Assembly (NCBI GenBank): GCA_963675785.1
Contig: OY776562.1
Span: 1,472,001-1,536,000 of the forward strand
DNA: 64,000 nucleotides
Reading direction: 5' to 3'
From: Anaerolineae bacterium
GTDB taxonomy: Bacteria > Chloroflexota > Anaerolineae > UBA1429
A program made the translations under genes and the position numbers. Below the pieces are notes generated by a model, which worked only from the letters and a program-made list of their open reading frames with translations, made no database searches and was not told where the DNA came from. Below are positions 18,537 through 28,565 of this stretch, in pieces (within the stretch, counting starts at the first letter, position 1; each line of letters begins with the position of its first letter).

Positions 18537-19751
18537 ATGGCAGACACATCCACACCTCGCAAACGCCGCTGGTGGCTGGTGCCGCTTGTTTTCGTAATGC
18601 TTGCCGCCCTACTCATGGCAGATACCTATCTCCTCAAACCGGTCATCGAAAAGCTGAGCTGGAAGCTAGCCTCACGCAATTTCGATGGCTGGGATATCGC
18701 TGCCACCAGCGAAAACAACATTGTGCTAGTGGGAAGCCACATTCTGCACTACAACGGCCTATTCTGGTATCAAGGGCGCTCTTTCTTTGGCCATGCCGTT
18801 GGCCAAAATCCTGAAATACCTGAATACGCCCAAGAGCGAAATATCGATTGGCCAACCATGCAGTGGTTTGATACCTATCCGAATGGTATCTATACCGATG
18901 TCTATGCTTATGATTCAAGACACATCTACGCTGTAGGGACCGCGGGTATTTTGCACTACAACGGCTTGTGGTGGTCATCTATGCCTACTGCCTGGAGACT
19001 TGATCCTCATCCTTATCAGATTTGGGCACAGAGTCCTCGCAGTATTTATGCACTAGATCGGCAATTGGGTGTGCTTTACTGGAATGGGTGGCGCTGGAAC
19101 ACACTATCGTTGCCCATTCAGGGAGAACTCGAGTTCTATGCCGTAGGTGGCACCGAAGAACATGCCGTCATCACAGGCGCCTATGAAACAGCAGCAGACC
19201 GGGGACGTTTCCTGCTCATACAAGAGGGCGATAAGTGGATCAACGTCGATACCTTGCCGCTTGCAGCCGGCATCCCCCCCGATCCAGACAAGAGTGGCCC
19301 TTTACAGCTCGATCATATTTGGGGGTTGGATGATGGAAGAATCCTCGCCAGCCTCTCCGAACCAATATCATTCAGCATTTCCCAGTTTTCATCCTGCAGG
19401 CGACTTTTGTGCTACGAACAGGGCGAATGGTCCGCGATCGAGGTGCCTGATAGCAGCCTTTATACTCTTGAGTATTGGGAGCCTCGTGACATCCTTGCTG
19501 ATGAACAGGGGAACCTGCTCGTTTGTACGGCTTTCGATGACCGGATGCGCCAAACGCGAGATGAAAGCGGTGCTCTAGTGTGGCAGGCAGTAGATGAAAC
19601 AGATGACATCAATAGCGGGCTCTATACCTGGATAGATGCTCAGAACCTACTCGTCTATGGCGGAAAACCTGTCCGTCAAACGGGCTGCCTGGATTGCTGG
19701 CCTATTGTCAAGCCGCCTTGCTCACTGGAAAGATACGAATTGGCCTGGTAG
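18537..19751 (+). CDS. Membrane-anchored beta-propeller-like protein, paralog 5
   Basis: MADTSTPRKRRWWLVP start; family repeats; YELAW end. Confidence 0.85.
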   Translation: MADTSTPRKRRWWLVPLVFVMLAALLMADTYLLKPVIEKLSWKLASRNFDGWDIAATSENNIVLVGSHILHYNGLFWYQGRSFFGHAVGQNPEIPEYAQERNIDWPTMQWFDTYPNGIYTDVYAYDSRHIYAVGTAGILHYNGLWWSSMPTAWRLDPHPYQIWAQSPRSIYALDRQLGVLYWNGWRWNTLSLPIQGELEFYAVGGTEEHAVITGAYETAADRGRFLLIQEGDKWINVDTLPLAAGIPPDPDKSGPLQLDHIWGLDDGRILASLSEPISFSISQFSSCRRLLCYEQGEWSAIEVPDSSLYTLEYWEPRDILADEQGNLLVCTAFDDRMRQTRDESGALVWQAVDETDDINSGLYTWIDAQNLLVYGGKPVRQTGCLDCWPIVKPPCSLERYELAW

Positions 19752-19763
19752 AAAAGAGGGCAC

Positions 19764-20944
19764 ATGGCAGACACACCCACACCTCGCAAACGCCGCTGGT
19801 GGCTGGTACCGCTTGTTCTCGTGGTGCTGCTAATCGCTGGCGTGTTGATCTACCGTACCACACACCTAGAGCAGTGGAGTTGGTTTTGGGCTTCACGCAA
19901 CTTCATCGGTAATGACATTGATGCCATCGACGAAAACAATATCTATGTTGTGGGTAACTTTATCCTACACTACGATGGCATGCGCTGGTCACGTGTTGAT
20001 TACATTTTTGAAGATGGTATCTCGGGTGGCACAGGTGCCTCGCTAATACCCGCAAACGCTGGAAAATTCCTGGGACTGTTCTACAGACCAAGGCTCGCCT
20101 ATAGTTCGCAGAGTTTCAACTTGAACGACGTGCAAGCTTTCGATGTCAAGCATGTCTATGCTGTAGGCAAAGCCGGTATCTTTCAGTGCGATGGGGAGAA
20201 CTGGTCAGTCATGCCTATCGCCAACGGATTGACGCCGCAACCCGACAAAGTCTGGGTGCAAAATCCCACCAGCATCTACGCATTAGATGACGAATGGGGA
20301 GTGCTGCATTGGGATGGCCAGATTTGGGACGTATTGCCCTTACCCGCTAGTTTCAAAGCCAATGACATCGGCGGTACCACGGAGCATGCCATCATTACTG
20401 GCGATGGTCCTACATTATTGATGGAAACAGACGGTGTATGGGAACAAATCGATATCACCCCTCTTATCAGCGACATAGATTTGCATGAGCAGGCTGATGC
20501 AAGCTATGGTCTTCAGCCACGCAGAATATGGGCCCTATATTACGATGAGATAGCAGTCGAAATCTGTGAATACACTGTAGGCTCCCCTTTATCCCTCGAG
20601 GCAGAATAGGCTACAACACTAGAGCCTTGCTTCTGTACAATGATGGCGAATGGAACAGAATCGATGCCCCCGAGTGGTGGCAACCAGATGAAATACTATC
20701 TTGCCCTGGCTCCTGTCTGACCGCCTATGACTTTGGTGGAATATGGTACCAATACGTTGAAAAAAGTGACGGCAATGGTCGAACCTGGCAGATAACGTAT
20801 CCGTGGTTATGCACAGTGTTTGGCGGATATACTGCTTTTATAGACAGCGATCATCTTGTTGTCTATGGCGCAAATCTCGATATCTATGGCAACTTTGTGT
20901 CTCATTGTAGGGTTGAATATCTGGAAATCACACATTGGCAATAA
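19764..20944 (+). pseudogene. Paralog 6, split by a single-base frameshift near 20585
   Basis: The ORF stops at 20609, but a shifted frame reads PFIPRGRIGYNTRALLLYNDGEW..., matching YNTRALLLYQNDEW of paralog 7. One extra C in the CCCC run would restore the frame. Confidence 0.75.
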
Positions 20945-21020
20945 GAAGTATGTCAGCTCATGGACGCAAGTGAACCTTTTCGTGATCGAGTAAAACATGC
21001 TCAAAGAGGAGCACCCTCCC

Positions 21021-22202
21021 ATGGCAAACACATCCACACCTCGCAAACGCCGCTGGTGGCTGGTGCCGCTTGCTTTCGTGCTACTGCTAACCACTGGTGT
21101 GCTAGCTTACCGCTCTACACACTTAGAGCAGTGGAGTTGGTTCTGGGCTTCGCGCAACTTCATCGGTGCAGATATTGATGCAACCAGCGAGGATAACATC
21201 TATGTCGCAGGCAACTTTATCCTACATTATGACGGCACGCGCTGGTCGCGTGCCGTCTACCCTTTTGAAAAGTATGACCTTGATAAAACACTGGAGCTTT
21301 GTTGCCCCAGGGGATATCGCAGTTTCGCAGGGCTTTTCGTGAGACCTTGGCAAGAATTTTACTGCACCTCTCAAGTCAACGATATCGAAATTTACGACGA
21401 AACTCATGTCTATGCTGTAGGACGTGCAGGTATTCTCCAAAGCGACGGCGTAACGTGGTCGGCCATGCCCATTGCCGAAGGGCTAGTGCCTTCTCCCTAT
21501 GGGTTGTGGGTGCAGAACCCTAACAGCATCTACGCCCTAGATAGCGATCTGGGCCTCCTGTACTGGGATGGCCAGATTTGGGACGTATTGACCCTGCCTT
21601 TCAGCTTCAAAGTCAATAGCGTCGGTGGCACAACGGAACATGCCGTCATCACCGGTGAAGGCCCGACCTTATTGATACAGAAAGACGGGAGCTGGGAGCT
21701 GGTAGATATTACCCCATTCATCGACGACATTGAGCTCCATCAAACTGTCGAAGAAGACTACGGCCTTCAACCCTATATGGTTTGGGCACTAGAAAGCGGC
21801 GATATTATTGTAGAGATCAGGGAGCAAGTTTATTATTCTCCTCTGTGGATTGGATATCGTATGACTACCTATAATACGAGAGCATTGCTTCTCTACCAGA
21901 ATGACGAGTGGTCTAGGATCAATACGCCAGAATGGTGGCAACCGCTAGAGATTCAATCCTACGATGGAGATACCTTTATAGCGTACCAAAATGTCGGCAA
22001 TATCTGGTACTACTTTAGCAAAGCCGCGGGAACTAGCTATCAAAACTGGACTGCTTGCAGCCCTAGAATATATCCAGAGCTTTATGGATTTCTGCGTTTC
22101 GTCGAACAGGGTCATCTTGTAGTATATGGCGGTGAAATAGATGCTTATGGTAACGGAACAACTCCTTGTCGCGTAGAGTACTATGATAGACTGCTATGGT
22201 GA
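21021..22202 (+). CDS. Membrane-anchored beta-propeller-like protein, paralog 7
   Basis: MANTSTPRKRRWWLVP start after AGAGGAG; closest to paralog 6 (shared THLEQWSWFWASRNFIG). Confidence 0.85.
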   Translation: MANTSTPRKRRWWLVPLAFVLLLTTGVLAYRSTHLEQWSWFWASRNFIGADIDATSEDNIYVAGNFILHYDGTRWSRAVYPFEKYDLDKTLELCCPRGYRSFAGLFVRPWQEFYCTSQVNDIEIYDETHVYAVGRAGILQSDGVTWSAMPIAEGLVPSPYGLWVQNPNSIYALDSDLGLLYWDGQIWDVLTLPFSFKVNSVGGTTEHAVITGEGPTLLIQKDGSWELVDITPFIDDIELHQTVEEDYGLQPYMVWALESGDIIVEIREQVYYSPLWIGYRMTTYNTRALLLYQNDEWSRINTPEWWQPLEIQSYDGDTFIAYQNVGNIWYYFSKAAGTSYQNWTACSPRIYPELYGFLRFVEQGHLVVYGGEIDAYGNGTTPCRVEYYDRLLW

Positions 22203-22205
22203 AAT

Positions 22206-22242
22206 GCCAGGCCCTCGGTTATATCGAGGGCCTGGCTTGTTT
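22206..22242 (+). terminator. Intrinsic terminator
   Basis: GCCAGGCCCTCG-gttatat-CGAGGGCCTGGC followed by TTGTTT. Confidence 0.7.
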
Positions 22243-22271
22243 ACGAATCGCTCAAAGAGGAGCATCCTCTC

Positions 22272-23420
22272 ATGGCAAACACGTTCACACCTCACAAACG
22301 CCGCTGGTGGCTGCTGCCGCTTGTTCTCGTGGTGCTGGCCGGCCTCGTCATTGTCCTGCGTCCCACCATCACCCAGTGGAGCTGGGAGCGAGCTTCTTCG
22401 CGTGAGTTTTCTATTTATGACATGGATGCCACCAGCGAAAATAACATCGTCCTCGCCGGGGCAGGTATCCTGCGTTACAACGGCCTTTGGTGGCAACACA
22501 TCACTTATCCCCAGTGCCAGGAAGTTACCCAGGCAGAGGAAAACGTCTCTGCCGATCCTATCATAGTGGTTGAGGATATCGAGATTTGGAATCGTACCCA
22601 CATCTATGCTGCCTGCGGAACGCAAGGTATTCTGCGTTACAATGGTCTGTGGTGGCAGTTTATGCCCATCGCCAGAAACTATAGCACACACTGCTATCAA
22701 CTTTGGACTCAAAGTTCAAAGAGCATTTACGCCATTGACGAGATGCTAGGGTTATTGCATTCCGACGGTCGGATATGGAACAAGGTCTCACTCCCTGATG
22801 GCTTCAATCCCAGCTACGTGGGCGGAAACGATGAATACGTCGTGGTCCTCGAAGAAAATCAGGAAGGACTACAAGACATCCTAGTCCAATCAGATGACGT
22901 CTGGAATCTTGTAGATATCCAGCCACTTCTCATGGATGTTGAACCAGACAATGACTGTATCAACGCATCTTATTGCGAATACAGTCTATATCCCAACAAG
23001 GTATGGGCGCTCGAAGATGGCAGAATTATTGTGAGAGTATGCCAAGAAATTAGGCTAGGCGTCGTAACTCTCCGCTCCTGTCCCCTCTTGCTCTGTTACC
23101 AGGATGAAGATTGGTCAACGATTGAATCCCCTAATGATTCCTTTTATCCGACGCACATCATGGCAGATGATCAAAGAGGCTTGCTAGTGTACGGGGCAGA
23201 GGGAGACCGCTATCGTCAGATAGTTGCAGAGGAAGGCAGTGGCTGGGCGTGGCAAGAGATCGAAGGTAAGTGGCCAGGACGTATTCTGGGGTTCTCCACA
23301 CTCCTCGATACCTCCAACTTGTTGGTATACGGTGGCGAACCCATCCCAACTGACGCAATAGATATCCCATACACACTAGAAAAACCCTTTGAATTAGAAC
23401 ACTATGAACTAACTTGGTGA
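22272..23420 (+). CDS. Membrane-anchored beta-propeller-like protein, paralog 8
   Basis: MANTFTPHKRRWWLLP start; family repeats; YELTW end. Confidence 0.85.
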   Translation: MANTFTPHKRRWWLLPLVLVVLAGLVIVLRPTITQWSWERASSREFSIYDMDATSENNIVLAGAGILRYNGLWWQHITYPQCQEVTQAEENVSADPIIVVEDIEIWNRTHIYAACGTQGILRYNGLWWQFMPIARNYSTHCYQLWTQSSKSIYAIDEMLGLLHSDGRIWNKVSLPDGFNPSYVGGNDEYVVVLEENQEGLQDILVQSDDVWNLVDIQPLLMDVEPDNDCINASYCEYSLYPNKVWALEDGRIIVRVCQEIRLGVVTLRSCPLLLCYQDEDWSTIESPNDSFYPTHIMADDQRGLLVYGAEGDRYRQIVAEEGSGWAWQEIEGKWPGRILGFSTLLDTSNLLVYGGEPIPTDAIDIPYTLEKPFELEHYELTW

Positions 23421-23478
23421 TAAGGGGCACTCTCTTCAACCAATCCAACTGGCAGACAGGTGTATCTCGGGGAGAAAC

Positions 23479-23949
23479 GTGCTCAACGGCACCACCACCT
23501 ACTATCGCGGCAACGATGCCGAATACGACGGCACCAATTGGTCGTACTATTACTACTTTGGTAGCCAGCAGGTGGCCGTGCGTGAGGGTTCCAACCTCAC
23601 CTATCTCTATCAGGATCACCTGGGCTCCACCACTGTGGCCATCGACGCCACCACTAGTAAAGCCCAGTATTTGCCCTACGGCAGCCGCCTGGACAGCGCC
23701 GACCTGGGCACCAGCTATACCTACACCGGTCAACAAGCCCTTGACGGCCGGGATATCCTCAACTATGGCGCTCGCTGGTACGATCCCCTCACTGGCCGCT
23801 TTTTGCAACATGATGGTATCATGCCTGATACCATCGTGCCCGAACCCTTCAATCCCCAGAGTCTCAATCGCTATTCGTACTGCTTGAATAACCCATTGCG
23901 CTATACTATCCCAAGGCAAATGCCCACTTGGGTCAGTAGTAGGGGGTGA
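23479..23949 (+). pseudogene. Second orphan Rhs core fragment, toxin tip lost
   Basis: NGTTTYY...DHLGSTT...YGARWYDP...YCLNNPLRYT matches the main Rhs core; the DPxG motif is disrupted and the frame ends 13 codons later. Confidence 0.8.
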
Positions 23950-24416
23950 TCGTCATGACTAGAAAAATTTCCTTAATATCTATCATATTCATCCTTATTT
24001 TAATAGCCATTCTATCGTACTGTTCTAAAGGAGACAATCAACAAGATAGAGAGGAGACAAATGATATGCTTGAAAGCCAATTAGTTACTGAGAATAATGC
24101 GGTTGTATCTCCGTCAGGACTGTATGTTCTTGAAATGATAGTCGGCAAAGTAGATGATGTATCCTCATTTAGTTTTTGTATCAAAGATGTAAAAGATAGC
24201 TCAGAAGTTTTCGTAAGCAATGATTATTACAGATTAAGAGATACTACTTATCTTTTATGGGGAGAAGATGATACCGTATGGGTATACAGTGGCGATCTAG
24301 GGACATTTTATTGGGAAAAAGAATCTGATAGCTGGCAAAAGAAAACTTATGCCGATAATATAGGCAAAGAAGTTCCACAAGCGCTAGAAGAATTAAGGCC
24401 TGATTATTTTAATTAG
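23946..24416 (+). CDS. AT-rich membrane-anchored or lipoprotein-like hypothetical protein (candidate immunity protein of the lost tip)
   Basis: N-terminal hydrophobic stretch ending ILSYC; overlaps the orphan core stop. Confidence 0.7.
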   Translation: MIVMTRKISLISIIFILILIAILSYCSKGDNQQDREETNDMLESQLVTENNAVVSPSGLYVLEMIVGKVDDVSSFSFCIKDVKDSSEVFVSNDYYRLRDTTYLLWGEDDTVWVYSGDLGTFYWEKESDSWQKKTYADNIGKEVPQALEELRPDYFN

Positions 24417-24480
24417 TTATAGTCAAAAAAACAGCCGTCAAAAGTATACCTAGACGACTGCTTTTGCTTCTTTAAATGCG

Positions 24481-24832
24481 TCTGGTGCACATTATCAATA
24501 TGTAGCAAGTAAAACGGAGCAGATCCGTTGTTCTGCCAATACATTGACAAGACGACGAATCGCTATTGGGGACCGTTTGTTTTCTCGGATACTTCTAACT
24601 TGTTGATCTATGGCAGAGAACTTTGCACCTATGCGCGCTATTCAGACTGCCCTGCAATGGTGAGCATCCCCTGTCATGTAGAATCTTTCGATCTAGCATA
24701 GTGAAAGGATTCCACACCATGGCGGACACATCCACATCTCGCAAATGCCGCTGGTGGCTGGTGCCACTCATCCTGGTGGCGTTCGCCACCCTGCTTGTCG
24801 CAGATGCCTATCTCCTCAAGCCAGTTCAATAG
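24481..24832 (+). pseudogene. Degenerate relic of a paralog-3/paralog-4 junction
   Basis: 24541-24720 resembles 17191-17370 (RYWGPF...DCPAMVSIPC..GTGAAAGGATTCCACACCATG). It is followed by the truncated ORF MADTSTSRKCRWWLVPLILVAFATLLVADAYLLKPVQ*. Confidence 0.75.
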
Positions 24833-24893
24833 CCCGACCGACCAGTGACGCTGAAGAAGAGCCAATCGAGGTACCTCGTCCAGTTCCTGCTTT

Positions 24894-26009
24894 TCAATCA
24901 AGGGCCAATAACACTGCCGCCAGCACCACTAACGCCGCCAAGTTGGTGAGCGAGAACCAAAGCATAAAAGTGCGCGAAGGATACTCGCGGGCATAGAGTC
25001 GGTAAGAGATGAGGCTCGCCAATGAAGCAACGAGCGTGCCCAATCCCCCGACCGAGACCCCCAGCAGCAGTTCCCGATAGAACGAGGTAAAGCCAGACAG
25101 GAGCACAGCCGCCGGCACATTGCTGATGACCTGCGACAATCCCGCCGAGATCAGCAGTACACTTTGCGGGGTGTTTAGCAGTGCGGAAAAGAACGCCTGG
25201 ACCTGTTCCATACCAGTGAGTCCATCCACCGCTAAAAAGAACAACACAAAAGTGCCCAGCAGGTAGAAATCAACTCGCAGTAAAAGGCGGGGCGCCAGCA
25301 GGCCAAAGACAACCAGCGTGATAATTAGTACCAGGCGATAGTCCACCACGCGCAGCACTGCAAGAACGTTCAAGGCAAAGACCAGGAGCGCTCCCCACAG
25401 CAAACGCCGGTTGGTGATGGTCGGCACATCTGGCTTTAAGCTGTATGCCTCGCCTCTCACCAGTAACAGCGTCATCATGATCAACAACCCTGCTCCCAAC
25501 AAGCCAAAAGGCAGCATTGTCTCAAAGAACTCGGCAGTGGGTATGTCGTAATAGCTAAAGAGGTATAGGTTCTGGGGATTACCAAAGGGCGTAAGGGCCG
25601 AAAACACGTTCGCAGAGATGGTCTCTAGAATCACTAGAATGGCTGGATCGCGATCGCTGGCCCGAGCCATGAGGAGCGTCAGCGGCACCATGGTCAACAG
25701 GGCCACATCGTTGGTAATGAACATGGAAAGCAGCCCCGTCACGCCAACCATGGCAAAAGCGAGGCGACGAGGTGTCTTAAAAGCCCCCAAAGCCAGGGCC
25801 GCCAGCCGTGAAAGAAGCTGGCACTGCTCCCAAGCACGGCAAACCGCCATCAGCGAAAAAAGCGTGCTGATGACGCTCCAGCGTACCGCCGAAAGATGCG
25901 GCAGCGAAAAGATGGAAACGCCTGCCGTAACCAACAGCGATAGCGCAAAAAGGGGTTCTTTGGCAAAAAAAGAGGCGGCTCGATGAGCCGCGGACCGCGC
26001 CAATGCCAT
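24894..26009 (-). CDS. SLC13/ArsB/CitM-type anion permease
   Basis: Motifs FITNDVALL, TPFGNPQNLYL, SQVISNVPAA and GGLGTLVASLASLI; multiple TM helices. Confidence 0.85.
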   Translation of the reverse strand: MALARSAAHRAASFFAKEPLFALSLLVTAGVSIFSLPHLSAVRWSVISTLFSLMAVCRAWEQCQLLSRLAALALGAFKTPRRLAFAMVGVTGLLSMFITNDVALLTMVPLTLLMARASDRDPAILVILETISANVFSALTPFGNPQNLYLFSYYDIPTAEFFETMLPFGLLGAGLLIMMTLLLVRGEAYSLKPDVPTITNRRLLWGALLVFALNVLAVLRVVDYRLVLIITLVVFGLLAPRLLLRVDFYLLGTFVLFFLAVDGLTGMEQVQAFFSALLNTPQSVLLISAGLSQVISNVPAAVLLSGFTSFYRELLLGVSVGGLGTLVASLASLISYRLYAREYPSRTFMLWFSLTNLAALVVLAAVLLALD

Positions 26010-26151
26010 AATCCCATTGTCCCCAATGTTCAGCCAAATGCGATAGCTTCCATTATATGCACTCGCACCTGGCTGCCAACGCAAACACTCCTTTATGCAA
26101 AAGAACAAGCCGAACAGCTAAAGACTGCTCGGCTTGTTTGAAGTCAACACT

Positions 26152-26529
26152 CTACGCCAGCTTGTTAGCCCCGCTGTACACCGCCTTGACCTTGAGCACC
26201 GCCACGGCCTCGCGCGGCAGGGTGTCTTTGACCCAGGTCTTCATGGTTTCAAAGATGGGCCCCTCGGTCACATAGTCAATCTCACCCTTGAACTGGAAGG
26301 ACTTGCCTTCTTTGGTGATAAAGACGATAGCGCCCTTGGAGCCAGACATGATGTTAGCACGGGTCTTGTTGAAAAAGTTGTCGCAAACGGCGACGCTCTC
26401 GTCGTCCAACATATTGACGCAGGTAGCGTAAATGGCGTTGGGCATGCCCTCGGCATCCACTGTGGTCAGAACCACAGCGCCATTACGATTCTCCCAAGCC
26501 TGTTTGACCTCTGCAGGAATGATAGCCAT
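26152..26529 (-). CDS. Pyridoxamine 5'-phosphate oxidase-like FMN-binding protein
   Basis: LTTVDAEGMPNA, DNFFNKTRANI, FQFKG. Confidence 0.85.
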   Translation of the reverse strand: MAIIPAEVKQAWENRNGAVVLTTVDAEGMPNAIYATCVNMLDDESVAVCDNFFNKTRANIMSGSKGAIVFITKEGKSFQFKGEIDYVTEGPIFETMKTWVKDTLPREAVAVLKVKAVYSGANKLA

Positions 26530-26619
26530 GATGCAGCTCCTATCTATGTGTATTGCGCCGTCAACAAAAACGGCACAGCCTCAACGACTGTGCCATTCTA
26601 TCCCCCCTGAGCAGATGCG

Positions 26620-26934
26620 TCAACGTGTAGGCAGTGTTTCCTTGTCCTCTTTTTCGGCTTCGGGTTCTTGAACTTCCCACACCACCGGGCGCGTATCCAC
26701 GCCGCCGTGAGTTTCAACGCGCTCATAATGCCGCGAAAGCAAGTCCCAGCCAGCAGCGGTAAGCAATCCAAAAGCAAAAGCGGATACCACCAACTGCATC
26801 TCGCGCGTTGTTTGCACAAAAACGCCCGAGACGATAATTAAAAACATTGTAATGAGCATGGCATAAGCCACGAGTCGCAAGGCGTGCATCTTTTTCATCG
26901 TTAGGCTCTCTCCTACCAACAATCCCCAAACCAT
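26620..26934 (-). CDS. Small two-TM membrane protein
   Basis: Two hydrophobic segments and a charged tail; start codon uncertain. Confidence 0.5.
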   Translation of the reverse strand: MVWGLLVGESLTMKKMHALRLVAYAMLITMFLIIVSGVFVQTTREMQLVVSAFAFGLLTAAGWDLLSRHYERVETHGGVDTRPVVWEVQEPEAEKEDKETLPTR

Positions 26935-27006
26935 GATAGGCGGTTATGGTATATAGAAAGTAACAGAGAGATTACTAATACATAGCTAGCTTCTCTTGTG
27001 CAGAGC

Positions 27007-27035
27007 TTGACGGCCGCTGCAGGAAAAGTCAGAAT
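27007..27035 (+). promoter_or_regulatory. Possible sigma70-type promoter for the sulfatase
   Basis: TTGACG-17 nt-CAGAAT upstream of a GGAGG RBS. Confidence 0.35.
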
Positions 27036-27073
27036 GCGCTCAGACTGATTGTACAAGCTTATGGAGGAGACCC

Positions 27074-28483
27074 GTGCCAGACAGCAGACCCAATATCCTG
27101 TTCATCATGTCCGACGATCACGCGGCCCACGCCATGAGCTGCTACAACAGCCGCATCAACACCACGCCCAACCTCGACCGCATCGCTAACGAGGGTATGC
27201 GTTTCGATAATTGTTTCTGTACCAATTCCATCTGCACCCCCAGCCGCGCCGTAATTTTAGCCGGTACTTACAACCATGTGAACGGCGTGACCACCCTGGC
27301 TTCCCGATTGGACGGTCGGCAGGATAACGTGGCCAAGCAGCTTCGGTCCGCCGGTTATCAAACGGCTGTCATCGGCAAGTGGCACCTGGGGCACGGCGGC
27401 AATGCCAACCCCACAGGCTTTGATTATTGGAGCGTGCTGCCCGGGCAAGGCCTCTATTACCACCCCATTTTCATCGAGGAGGACGGTGAGCATCGCGAGG
27501 CCGGTTACGTCACCGACCTCATTACCGACAAGAGCATTGACTGGCTGGAACAGCGCGATCCAGACAAGCCTTTCTTTTTGATGTGCCACCACAAGGCGCC
27601 CCATCGCCCCTGGGAACCCGACGCCGCGCATCTGCACATGTACGATGAGGTGGACATTCCCGAGCCAGAGACGTTTGAGGACGATTACAGCAATCGCGCC
27701 GCTGCCGCTGCCGCGGCCAAAATGCGGGTCAGCCGAGACCTGACGGCCACTGACTTGAAATTTGATCCCCCCGAGGGCCTCAGCGAGCGCGAACTGCTGC
27801 ACTGGAAATATGAGCGCTATATCAAGGATTACTTGGCCTGTGTGGCCTCAGTGGACGACAACGTGGGGCGCCTGCTGGATTACCTCGATGAGCAGGGCCT
27901 GACCGAGAATACAATCGTTATGTATACTTCTGACCAGGGCTTTTTCCTCGGCGACCACGGTTGGTACGACAAGCGTTTCATGTACGAGGAGTCGCTGCGT
28001 ATGCCCTTTGTGATTCGCTACCCGCGCGAGATCGCGGCTGGCTCGGTGTGCCAGGACATGATCCTCAACGTGGACTTTCCCGCTACCTGGCTGGATTACG
28101 CCAATGTCGCTCTGCCCGACCGCTTTCAGGGCACCTCGTTCCGCGAATTGCTCAACGGCCGCCTGCCCGAGGATTGGCAGACCAGCATGTACTATCGCTA
28201 CTGGATGCACCTCGCGCATCACCACGTCTATGCCCATTACGGCCTGCGCACACTGCATTACAAGCTCATCTATTACTATGGCGATGCCCTGGGCCAACCC
28301 GGCGCCATCGACGACCCGCGTGACCCCGAGTGGGAGCTGTTCGATCTGGACCAGGATCCCCACGAGCTAATGAACGTCTACGACGACCCCACTTATGCCG
28401 AGGTAGTCAAGGAACTGACAGACGAGCTGCATCGCCTGCAGGCCCAACTCGGCGATGAACGCTATTGTCTGGATGTAGAGTAA
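27074..28483 (+). CDS. Sulfatase (Cys-type; N-acetylglucosamine-6-sulfatase-like)
   Basis: PNILFIMSDDH, CTPSR formylglycine motif, GKWHLG, SDQGFFLGDHG..DKRFMYEES. Confidence 0.93.
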   Translation: MPDSRPNILFIMSDDHAAHAMSCYNSRINTTPNLDRIANEGMRFDNCFCTNSICTPSRAVILAGTYNHVNGVTTLASRLDGRQDNVAKQLRSAGYQTAVIGKWHLGHGGNANPTGFDYWSVLPGQGLYYHPIFIEEDGEHREAGYVTDLITDKSIDWLEQRDPDKPFFLMCHHKAPHRPWEPDAAHLHMYDEVDIPEPETFEDDYSNRAAAAAAAKMRVSRDLTATDLKFDPPEGLSERELLHWKYERYIKDYLACVASVDDNVGRLLDYLDEQGLTENTIVMYTSDQGFFLGDHGWYDKRFMYEESLRMPFVIRYPREIAAGSVCQDMILNVDFPATWLDYANVALPDRFQGTSFRELLNGRLPEDWQTSMYYRYWMHLAHHHVYAHYGLRTLHYKLIYYYGDALGQPGAIDDPRDPEWELFDLDQDPHELMNVYDDPTYAEVVKELTDELHRLQAQLGDERYCLDVE

Positions 28484-28488
28484 AAGAT

Positions 28489-28519
28489 AAAGGGCCTCGA
28501 CAATATGTCGAGGCCCTTT
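28489..28519. terminator. Bidirectional terminator between convergent genes
   Basis: AAAGGGCCTCGACA-ata-TGTCGAGGCCCTTT. Confidence 0.75.
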
Positions 28520-28565
28520 CTGCATCACAAGCTCCGTCTCACTAACCACGGTCAACCAGAGGTAA

